DNA of 64,000 nucleotides from an uncultured Acidimicrobiales bacterium (GTDB taxonomy: Bacteria; Actinomycetota; Acidimicrobiia; Acidimicrobiales; SZUA-35), in assembly GCA_963717115.1 (NCBI GenBank), contig CAVQVO010000017.1, positions 1,018,133-1,082,132 on the forward strand, in the 5' to 3' direction. Positions within the stretch are counted from its first letter, which is position 1, and every line of letters starts with the position of its first letter. The notes beneath the pieces are model-generated. The model was not told the DNA's origin. It ran no database searches and saw only the letters and a program-made list of their open reading frames with translations. A program made the translations under genes and the position numbers. Below are positions 52,961-60,856 of this stretch, piece by piece.

Positions 52961-53166
52961 CTCGTTCTCGCGGGTACCGGCGGGGACCCTCGAAACCTAC
53001 CAGCGGTGCGTCACGGCCGAACGGGAGCCCCCGAGTCGGCGACGGTCGCATCCCGATCGGGATCGGGCGTCATGACCGTGTCATCGGCCCGACGTCGCAG
53101 GTCGCGATCGATCTCGGCCCGGAACTCCTGCGGGACCCTCGACCGCAGCCGCGTACGGAGCGTGAG

Positions 53167-53280
53167 CTCGTCTCCCGCTCGTCGTCTCGCAGGCTCGTCT
53201 CCCGCTCGTCGTCTCGCAGGCTCGTCTCCTTCTCGTCGTCTCGCAGGCTCGTCTCCCGCTCGTCGTCTCGCAGGCTCGTC
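53167..53280. repeat. Tandem repeat, 27 bp x ~4.2 (ctcgtctcccgctcgtcgtctcgcagg)
   Basis: Copies at 53167-53193, 53194-53220, 53221-53247 (two substitutions) and 53248-53274, plus a 6-nt stub. The array lies in the 585-bp divergent intergenic region. Confidence 0.95.
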
Positions 53281-53545
53281 GATCTCCATACCGGGCTATC
53301 GGCGGCTCGTCGGCCGGGATTCGGTGTTTCGCGGGAAACCGGCGGCGGACACGGGAGAGCGGTCGACAGACCACCGAGGGTGGCGAGCGACCGCTCCACG
53401 AGTGACGGAGCGGCTTTTGGCCTACGATCCCCGTCCACGAACCCCGGCCCTCTGGCGCGGTTCGAAACACGATGTTCACAACGGCCCTCGCTCGCGTTCG
53501 TCGGGCGCTCGTACAGTTCGCATTGGTCCACGGTTACGGAGCAGC

Positions 53546-54322
53546 ATGACGTCGATCGAATCTGATCCCGAGGTGATCCCGTCGTCGGCGCAGGCCGCGC
53601 TGACGTTCGACCATTGCTCGATGGTGTTCCCCGATGGCACCCACGCCCTCGCCGACATCTCGTTCGACGTCGCCCCGGGTGAGTTCGTCACCGTGGTCGG
53701 TCCCTCGGGTTGCGGGAAGTCGACCCTGCTCAAGATCGCATCGGGCCTCACGGTGAACACCTCGGGTGCGTGTCGGGTCGATCGTGATTCCATCGGGTAC
53801 GTCTTCCAGGACGCCACGCTGCTGCCGTGGCGAACGGTCAAGAAGAACGTGCAGCTCCTCGGTGAGCTGCACCACATGGACGGCGACGAGCTCGACCGGA
53901 AGGTGGCGGCCTCGATCGATCTGGTCGGGCTCACCGGCCACGAGCGCAAGTTCCCCAAACAGTTGTCGGGCGGGATGCGGATGCGGGCGTCCCTGGCCCG
54001 TTCGCTCGTGATGTCGCCTCGGGTGTTCCTGTTCGACGAACCCTTCGGGGCCCTCGACGAGATCAGTCGGGAACGGCTCAACGACGAACTGCTCAAACTG
54101 TTCCGACTCGAGGGCTTCGCCGGACTGTTCATCACCCACTCCATCGCCGAGGCGGTCTTCCTGTCGACCCGGGTCCTGGTGATGTCGGGACGGCCCGGCC
54201 GGATCATCGACGACATCGCCATCCCGTTCGACTTCCCCCGGCACCCCGACCTTCGCTACGACCCGGTCTTCGCCGAGATCTCGGCCCGGGTCTCGGCCGG
54301 TCTGAAGGAGGCTCACGCATGA
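53546..54322 (+). CDS. ABC transporter ATP-binding protein (NitT/TauT family)
   Basis: Walker A (GPSGCGKST), LSGGMRMR and Walker B (FLFDEPFGALD). ATG at 53546. Confidence 0.92.
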   Translation: MTSIESDPEVIPSSAQAALTFDHCSMVFPDGTHALADISFDVAPGEFVTVVGPSGCGKSTLLKIASGLTVNTSGACRVDRDSIGYVFQDATLLPWRTVKKNVQLLGELHHMDGDELDRKVAASIDLVGLTGHERKFPKQLSGGMRMRASLARSLVMSPRVFLFDEPFGALDEISRERLNDELLKLFRLEGFAGLFITHSIAEAVFLSTRVLVMSGRPGRIIDDIAIPFDFPRHPDLRYDPVFAEISARVSAGLKEAHA

Positions 54323-55236
54323 CCACCGTCGACACCGACCATCCCCAGGCCGAGCTCGGCGACGCCGAGATCGTCGTCAACGCCGAGCTGCCCCCGGCCG
54401 AAGCCGGTGCGAGGAGGGGGCGGCTGTCGAGCCTGGTCGGCAACGTCGTTCCGCCGGCCATCGTGTTCGCCATCGTCATCGGGGTCTGGTACTTCATCTC
54501 CTACGGGGTCATGAACGAGAACCGTCGCAAGGTGGCGCTCCCCCCGCCGCACGAGGTGCTCACCGAGGGATTCCTGACCTGGGAGGACAGGGCCGGCCTC
54601 AAGCCGATCCTCGAGGCCATGCAGGTGACGGGCTTCGTCGCCCTGGTGGGGCTGCTCATCGCCACGGTCATCGGGATGGGCATGGCCATCGCCATGAACC
54701 GGGCCAAGTGGATCGAACGGTCGATCTTCCCGTACGCGGTGTTCATCCAGACCCTGCCGATCCTCGCCCTCGTTCCGCTCATCAAGCTGTGGGCCGACAC
54801 CGGCGTCAAGGGCCGGATCATCGCCTGTGTCCTGGTGGCCATCTTCCCGATCATCACGAACACCCTCTTCGGATTGCAGTCGGCCGACCGGACCCACCAC
54901 GACCTCTTCACGCTGCACAAGGCCAATCGGTGGACCCGCCTGGTCAAGCTCGAACTGCCCGGGGCCATGCCGGCCATCTTCACCGGGTTGCGGATCGCCG
55001 CCGGCGGATCGGTGATCGGTGCCATCGTCGGGGACTTCTTCTTCCGCAAGGGCTCGATCGGCGTCGGTCGCCTGATCGACAACTACCAGAAGGACGGGCT
55101 CCGCACCGCCGAGCTCTTCGCAACGGCGATCGTCTCGTCGCTGTTCGGGATCTCGATCTTCGTCATCTTCGGCTTCGTCGGCAACCGCTACCTGCGGAAC
55201 TGGCACGACTCGGCCAGCAACGATCTCTCGCCGTGA
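54319..55236 (+). CDS. ABC transporter permease (NitT/TauT family)
   Basis: ATGA overlap with the ATPase gene. Six-TM BPD-type permease. Confidence 0.88.
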   Translation: MTTVDTDHPQAELGDAEIVVNAELPPAEAGARRGRLSSLVGNVVPPAIVFAIVIGVWYFISYGVMNENRRKVALPPPHEVLTEGFLTWEDRAGLKPILEAMQVTGFVALVGLLIATVIGMGMAIAMNRAKWIERSIFPYAVFIQTLPILALVPLIKLWADTGVKGRIIACVLVAIFPIITNTLFGLQSADRTHHDLFTLHKANRWTRLVKLELPGAMPAIFTGLRIAAGGSVIGAIVGDFFFRKGSIGVGRLIDNYQKDGLRTAELFATAIVSSLFGISIFVIFGFVGNRYLRNWHDSASNDLSP

Positions 55237-55291
55237 CCTCGGCGAGCGACCGGCGGCAATAACCAAACCAAACAGGGAGAGAACCCAAGCG

Positions 55292-56521
55292 ATGACAGTG
55301 TTGAAGAAGTCCCATGCCCTCGCGGTCCTGCTGAGCCTCGCGTTCATCGCCGCATCGTGCGGGAGCGACTCGGCGGATGACGGCGCCGCGACCGACGACG
55401 AGACCACGACGACGGCCGCAGACGACACCGCAACCGACGACACCGCGACCGACGACACGACGGCCGACGACGAGTCGGCCATGGCCGACGAGGCCGTGTG
55501 CCCGACCAACATCGTCGTCCAGACCGACTGGTGGCCCGAGCTCGAGCACGGCGGCACCTATCAGCTGGTCGGCCCCGACGGCGAGGCCAATGCCAACGAC
55601 TTCAACTACTCCGGTCCGATCCAGCCGCAGTACGCGGTCGGGGGGATCGAGACCGTCGAAATCCGCGCCGGTGGCGATGCGATCTCGTTCACGCCGGTCA
55701 CCGGCGAGATGTACCTCGACGATGACATCACGTTCGGCTACGTCAACCTGTCCGACGCGGTCAAGGATTCGGGAAGCGCGCTGGTCATCGGGGTCGCCAA
55801 GACCCTCGAGATCAACCCCCAGATGCTCATGTGGGATCCGGCCCAGCTCGACATCCAGGAGCCGGCCGACATGGGGGCGTCGGGGGCGAACGTCCTCCAC
55901 TTCGACAGCGTCGCCTACATCGACTATCTGATCGCCGAAGGCATCCTCACCGCCGACCAGTCCGATCCGAGCTACGGCGGCGCCCCCGACCAGTGGATCG
56001 CCAACGGTGGCAACTTCATCCAGCAGGGTTTCGCCAGCAACGAGATCTACAAGTACGAGAACGAGATCGAGTGGAAGGACGGGGCACCGGCCCCGGTCGA
56101 CTACGTGCTCGTCGACTCGCTGGGCTTCCGTGACTATCCGGCCATGATGACCGTGCGGGCCGACAAGCTCGAAGAGCTGACCCCGTGTCTCGAGCTGTTC
56201 GTGCCGATGCTGGCCCAGGCCTGGGTCGACTTCCTGGCCGACCCGGCGCCGATCACCGACGCCCTCATCGGGATCAACGACACCTACGACACCTACTGGA
56301 AGCTGAGTGAGGGCCTCAACACCGAGGGCCTCACGATCGTCGAGTCCGAGGGCATGGCAGACAACAGCCCCGACGGGACGTACTGCTCGATGGACGACGA
56401 CCGGGTGGCGACGATGATCGACATCCTCACGCCGGTCTACGAAGAGGGCGGTATCTCGCTGGCCGATGACCCGAGCGTGGTCGTCGACAACTCGTTCTGC
56501 GCCGGAGCACCGGGCCGCTGA
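55292..56521 (+). CDS. ABC transporter substrate-binding lipoprotein (NMT1/THI5-like fold likely)
   Basis: Signal peptide with a lipobox (LAFIAASC), an acidic Thr/Asp-rich linker and then a periplasmic-binding-protein-like domain. RBS gggagag. Confidence 0.82.
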   Translation: MTVLKKSHALAVLLSLAFIAASCGSDSADDGAATDDETTTTAADDTATDDTATDDTTADDESAMADEAVCPTNIVVQTDWWPELEHGGTYQLVGPDGEANANDFNYSGPIQPQYAVGGIETVEIRAGGDAISFTPVTGEMYLDDDITFGYVNLSDAVKDSGSALVIGVAKTLEINPQMLMWDPAQLDIQEPADMGASGANVLHFDSVAYIDYLIAEGILTADQSDPSYGGAPDQWIANGGNFIQQGFASNEIYKYENEIEWKDGAPAPVDYVLVDSLGFRDYPAMMTVRADKLEELTPCLELFVPMLAQAWVDFLADPAPITDALIGINDTYDTYWKLSEGLNTEGLTIVESEGMADNSPDGTYCSMDDDRVATMIDILTPVYEEGGISLADDPSVVVDNSFCAGAPGR

Positions 56522-56548
56522 TCGACGGAGTGACGCCTCAGGAATGAA

Positions 56549-56579
56549 AGTGGTGCCGGCTCTGCGAGCCGGCACCACT
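56549..56579 (-). terminator. Intrinsic terminator hairpin between convergent genes
   Basis: Perfect 14-bp stem (agtggtgccggctc / gagccggcaccact) with a 3-nt loop. On the minus strand it is followed by UUUCAUUCC. It lies 5 nt after the VOC gene stop. Confidence 0.7.
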
Positions 56580-56583
56580 CGCG

Positions 56584-56943
56584 TCAGCGGTATGCGCAGA
56601 GGTCGAAGGGATTCCCGTCGGGGTCGACGAGGTTGACGATCGACCCGTAGGGCTCGTGGCGGGGGCCGCCGATGAGCTCGGCCCCGAGCTCGAGCAGCCG
56701 TGCGACCTCGTCGGCGAACCGATCGGGGTCGCACGACAGGTCCAGGTGCAGGGAGCCGGGGCGAGTGGCTCCGCGCTGGATGCCGAGCCGGCGTAGGCCC
56801 GACGGGGCCGACAGCACGATCCAGCGATCGACGTCCTCGCGTTCGCTTTCGACCAGACCGAGCGCCGAACGCCAGAAGTCGGCGATGCGGTCGGGATCCG
56901 GCGAGTCCAGCGTGACGAGGTCGAACCGGCTGGTCATCGCCAC
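56584..56943 (-). CDS. VOC (glyoxalase/bleomycin-resistance) family protein
   Basis: 119 aa with a beta-alpha-beta-beta-beta pattern (FWRSALGL...HLDL...DPDGNPFDL). Confidence 0.82.
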   Translation of the reverse strand: MAMTSRFDLVTLDSPDPDRIADFWRSALGLVESEREDVDRWIVLSAPSGLRRLGIQRGATRPGSLHLDLSCDPDRFADEVARLLELGAELIGGPRHEPYGSIVNLVDPDGNPFDLCAYR

Positions 56944-57125
56944 ACGCTAGCTGGGGGTCGCCCTCGGCGATGGACGCACCGTGCACCGATCGCGCCCCTC
57001 GGCCTCATGCCGAGGGGCCGGTTGCCGAAGTTTCCCGGGGGCGTCCCGACCGGGTCGGCCTGCCGGGGCGTTCCCGGCGACCCGTGTGGCAAAGGATCTG
57101 TGGTCAGGTGCGATCAGCCTTGTCG

Positions 57126-58788
57126 ATGACCAGAATCGGGCGACTGCTGGTCGCCGGGGGTGTCGGGGTCCTCTGGACGGCCGGCCCGTTGGCACGGCCC
57201 GGCGGGGCCGATGCCGACCTCGGCTCGATCGTGGTCTCCGACGAGGTCTACTCGACGTCGACCGACTGCTCGAACACCGTCGAACTTCGCGAGGCCGCCG
57301 ACCGGCTCGATCAATCGTGGCGGGCGCTGGTCGGTGCCGACCGGTACGTGGTCGGTGAGATCGGTCTGGACACCGAGTCCGACCCGGCGCTCGATCCGTC
57401 ATCCGAACCCGACCCGGATCCGACTCCCATCACCTTCGCTGATCTCGATCTCCCGGTCGTGGTCTCCGGCCACGACGTCTCGCCCGACGAGGCCGACTCG
57501 ACCGATCCCGAGTCCTGGGGTCGGATCGATCCGGCAGCGACCGGCGATCCGGACCTGGCCCGCTCCGACACCTTGCAGGACTGCGCCCCGCTCCCGTCGC
57601 GTGCCGACGCCGCCGAGGTCGACGAGCGCCCGGTCCAGTGGCAGGTCACCGACGGCGAGGGCGAGCTGCTCGATGCCGTCGTGTTCGACTTCGCCGCACC
57701 GGTTTCGGCGTTCGGCGCCTGGTTCGGCGATGTCGAAAGCCGCACCGACGGCGAGGGGCGGCCTGCGGTCGTGAAGCTCTTCGACGAAGATGGCGTCGTC
57801 GTTGCGATCGAGACCCTCGCCCCGGATCGACCGGTCCCCCTCGGCGACGATCCGAGTGGGCGCACCTCGTGTGGTGGCGACGACGATTCGGACGCACTCG
57901 CCTGTGGCAACCAGGCCACGCGGTTCATCGGATTCGTGACCGCCGAGCCCGTCGTGGCCCGGATGATGGTGATCGTCGGTGACGATGACGCCTGTGCCGA
58001 CGGTGCCGACTGCGACGGGGCTTCCGAGCACCTCTCCTTCGTCGCCCCCCAGGTCGCCGTGTTCGACCTGCCGCCGGCGACCCCGGTGACGACCGTCCCG
58101 CCGACCACCGTCCCGCCGACCACCGTCCCGCAGACCACCGTCCCGCAGACCACCGTCCCATCGACCACCGTCGAGCCGGGGGCCACCTCGGCGCCCCCCT
58201 CGACGACGCCGATCTCGACGGTCCAGGGTTCGACGATCCCGATCTCGCCGGTCGGGTCCTCGACGGCCCCGACCACGGTGCCCGACCACGGTGCCCCCGA
58301 CCACGGTGGCTCCGACCACGGTGGCTCCGACGACCGCGCGCCTCGACCGTCCTGCCTCCGACACCGGTGCCCCCGACCACGGTGCCCCGACCACGGTGGC
58401 ACCGACCACGGTGCCTCCGGCGACCGCTTCCTCGACACCGGTGCCTTCGACCACCTCGAGTGCGCTGCCGCTGGTGCCGCTGGCCCAGAGCGCCACGACA
58501 CCGACGGTCGTGGGGCTGTTCCTGCCGGCATCGGACCTCACCCCGATCGACGCCCCCGATCCTGCCCAGGTCGCCCCAGGCAGCGGAGACGTCGAGGCGG
58601 CTGCCGATCCCATCGCGATCGAGGTCGCCCCGGCCTCGACGGTCGTCGCCGGACTGAGCGCCGGCGCGGCGCCCGACGAGTTGCCGCTGACGGGTTCGTC
58701 CTCGGCCTTGTCGTTGGTGCTCGGACTCGGCCTGGTCTCGTCGGGGACGGTCCTGCTGTCGGCGTCGCGACGCACACGTCCGGCGTGA
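57126..58788 (+). pseudogene. LPXTG-anchored surface protein with (P/Q/S)TTVP repeats, frame broken once (+1) inside the repeat as assembled
   Basis: Signal peptide from ATG 57126, an acidic Cys-containing domain, and 15-nt PTTVP repeats (58088-58172). The C-terminal sorting signal (LPLTG, a hydrophobic helix and RRTR) exists only in ORF 58291..58788. The frames join at a C-tract near 58281. Length is 1663 nt = 3n+1. Confidence 0.75.
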
Positions 58789-58791
58789 GAA

Positions 58792-59676
58792 CTACTGCGC
58801 CGGACGACCGATGGCCGCGAAGTAGTTCGCGGCGAGTAGGGCTTTGGTGGCCGGTGCGATGAGTGATCCGAACCGCAGTGCCTCGTCGTTCCCCACGGTC
58901 GCCCACATCGGGATCGAGTCGCGATTGGTCGCGGCCTCGAGTTCGGCTCGGGCGCCCCGCCCGGTGTCGGTGAGTTCCCCCTGATCGTCGAGCCAACCGC
59001 GGTCGGTCAGACGGGCGACCGCCGCCGTCCAGTCGTCATCGGACCAGGCCCGGGACTTCTGGACCACGCCGCGGCGACCGGTCATGGCTTCGGAAACCAC
59101 CGTGCATTCGGCGCCGTCGAGCGGAGCGGTCAGCAACAAGGCGATGTGGCCATCGCCTCGCCACTCGCGCATCACGGTGACCAGCTGCCAGAGGCGTAGG
59201 AGTCGGTCCGAGGCGAAGGGGCCGGACTCGAGGTCGGCGAGCACGGAGGCGTTGCCGGCGGCCATCGGTCGACCCGACCAGCTGAGCGAGCCGACGACTC
59301 GTTCGGCGATGTCGATGGCGGCGTCGATCTCGTCCTCGCTCATGACCGGACGCACGACGGTGTCGAGGACCTGCTGGACGCCCCGCCAGCGGGCGGCCTG
59401 CAGATCGTCGGCCGTGACCTTTTCCCACACGCCGTCCATCGCCGGAACGACGAGGTCGGGACTGAAATTGTAGAACGTGGCGATCACCATTTCGGTCGGC
59501 AGCGGCCCCATCGCCGCCGTGCGGGATCCGAAGTAGCCGCTACGGCCCTCGATGCCCAGTCGGGCGTACTGCTCGGCCGCCTCCGGCGAGAAGTAGACGA
59601 AGGCGTGGAGCAGCGTGGTCTGATCATGGAGCTTGGCCGCGGTCTCGATGGTCGGCAGGTCTTCGGAGGTGGTCAT
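58792..59676 (-). CDS. Conserved hypothetical protein (helical; family not confidently recognised)
   Basis: 294 aa from ATG 59676, with high GC3 and no catalytic motif recognised. Confidence 0.6.
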   Translation of the reverse strand: MTTSEDLPTIETAAKLHDQTTLLHAFVYFSPEAAEQYARLGIEGRSGYFGSRTAAMGPLPTEMVIATFYNFSPDLVVPAMDGVWEKVTADDLQAARWRGVQQVLDTVVRPVMSEDEIDAAIDIAERVVGSLSWSGRPMAAGNASVLADLESGPFASDRLLRLWQLVTVMREWRGDGHIALLLTAPLDGAECTVVSEAMTGRRGVVQKSRAWSDDDWTAAVARLTDRGWLDDQGELTDTGRGARAELEAATNRDSIPMWATVGNDEALRFGSLIAPATKALLAANYFAAIGRPAQ

Positions 59677-59789
59677 CGCGGCAACGTAGTGGACGGAGGT
59701 CGGCGGGAGGAACTGTCGTGCGCCGCAGCGGTACTGAGCCCTGTTCCGGATGCCGGAGCTCCGGGCCGCCGTGGCAGACTCGGTGGGCC

Positions 59790-60209
59790 ATGACCACTCG
59801 TCCGCCAGCCGAACTGGGCCGTCTCGTCCGTCTGTTCCGGGATGCGCCCGAAGCGCTCCGGGTCGCCGGTCTGCACGACCACGGCCATCGACTCCCTCCA
59901 CTTCCCGAAGGCGTCACGACCGACGACATGGAGCAGGTCATCGAGTGTCAGGCGCCGGTGTTCGTCGCTGCCGAAGCGCTCGGCGACGGCACCGTCTCGG
60001 TGGTGATCTCCTGTCCGCCCGAGGCGCCGACCACCCGAGGGTTCGCGGCGATCGTGTACGAGGGGGTCAACGGGGCCACCCTCGACGAGGTGATGGCGAT
60101 TCCCGACGACCTCCACCGTCATCTGGGCATCGACGCCGTCGTCACCGGGCAGCGTCTCGATGGCATGGAAGCGCTCATCCGACGACTGAAGCGCCAACTC
60201 ACGAGCTGA
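59790..60209 (+). CDS. sufE: SufE-like Fe-S cluster assembly sulfur-acceptor protein
   Basis: The conserved Cys context (ECQAPVF) and C-terminal R..G..A...RL pattern resemble the SufE/CsdE family. ATG at 59790. Confidence 0.68.
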   Translation: MTTRPPAELGRLVRLFRDAPEALRVAGLHDHGHRLPPLPEGVTTDDMEQVIECQAPVFVAAEALGDGTVSVVISCPPEAPTTRGFAAIVYEGVNGATLDEVMAIPDDLHRHLGIDAVVTGQRLDGMEALIRRLKRQLTS

Positions 60210-60328
60210 GCCACCGCCCCGCGTCGCAAAACGGTCCTCCATCGCGGCGGCTCCACCAACCCCGCACCCCCAACCCCGCACCAACCGACCCCGCACCAAC
60301 CGAGGGGGCTGCGTCGTTTCCTCAAGTT

Positions 60329-60399
60329 CCGAGGGGCCACCGTACGGCGCCACGGACGGAGCCTCCTCGGTTGTCCGGGATTGCGCGGTGGCCCCTCGG
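60329..60399. repeat. Perfect 14-nt inverted repeat separated by 43 nt
   Basis: ccgaggggccaccg (60329-60342) and cggtggcccctcgg (60386-60399). The element lies between sufE and arsR and could be a long stem-loop or a terminator. Confidence 0.6.
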
Positions 60400-60452
60400 T
60401 TCGGCGGGCGGCGAGGGGCGGGTGGGTTTCATCGCTCGGAAGTTATAGAGTG

Positions 60453-60788
60453 ATGGACATGCCCGAAGCGCTGCCCGACGAACTCCTCGAACACGTTGCC
60501 GAACGATTCCGGGTGCTGGGTGACGCCACCCGCCTGTCGATCATCTCGGCGCTGATCGACAACGGTGAACAGAACGTCGGCCAGTTGGTCGAACTGCTCG
60601 GCGCCGGCCAGGCGAACGTGTCGAAGCACCTCCGCGTGCTGCACGACGCCGGCATCGTCACTCGTCGCCCGGAGGGCACGGCGGCCTACTACTCGGTGAC
60701 CGACCCCAGCCTGATGTCGTTGTGTTCCACGGTCTGCCGCCGGTTGCGCGAGCAGGTGGCCGACGACGCCCGCACGTTCGCCCTCTGA
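60453..60788 (+). CDS. ArsR/SmtB family transcriptional regulator
   Basis: Winged-HTH pattern (FRVLGDATRLSIISAL...NVGQLVELLG..QANVSKHLRVLHDAGIV). Confidence 0.9.
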   Translation: MDMPEALPDELLEHVAERFRVLGDATRLSIISALIDNGEQNVGQLVELLGAGQANVSKHLRVLHDAGIVTRRPEGTAAYYSVTDPSLMSLCSTVCRRLREQVADDARTFAL

Positions 60789-60856
60789 TCCAACCCGGTC
60801 GTCCGGGGCCCTCCTGTTCCCTCTTCATCGCTACATAGTCAAGGAGTATTCAAACC

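Noticed and set aside
53011-53289. A small acidic and basic repeat protein (MEIDEPARRRAGDEPARRR...) just upstream of the GtrA-GT2 gene.
   Set aside because: Its third codon positions are largely A/T, unlike every convincing gene in the window. It is better explained as a product of the 27-bp DNA repeat. The alternative ETSLRDDER frame is less bad but still unconvincing, and it is discussed under findings rather than called as a gene.
53290-53545. A riboswitch (for example TPP) in front of the NMT1/THI5-like ABC importer.
   Set aside because: I could not find the CUGAGA or ACCUGA-type TPP cores, or any other riboswitch core I recognise. This was not tested with covariance models.
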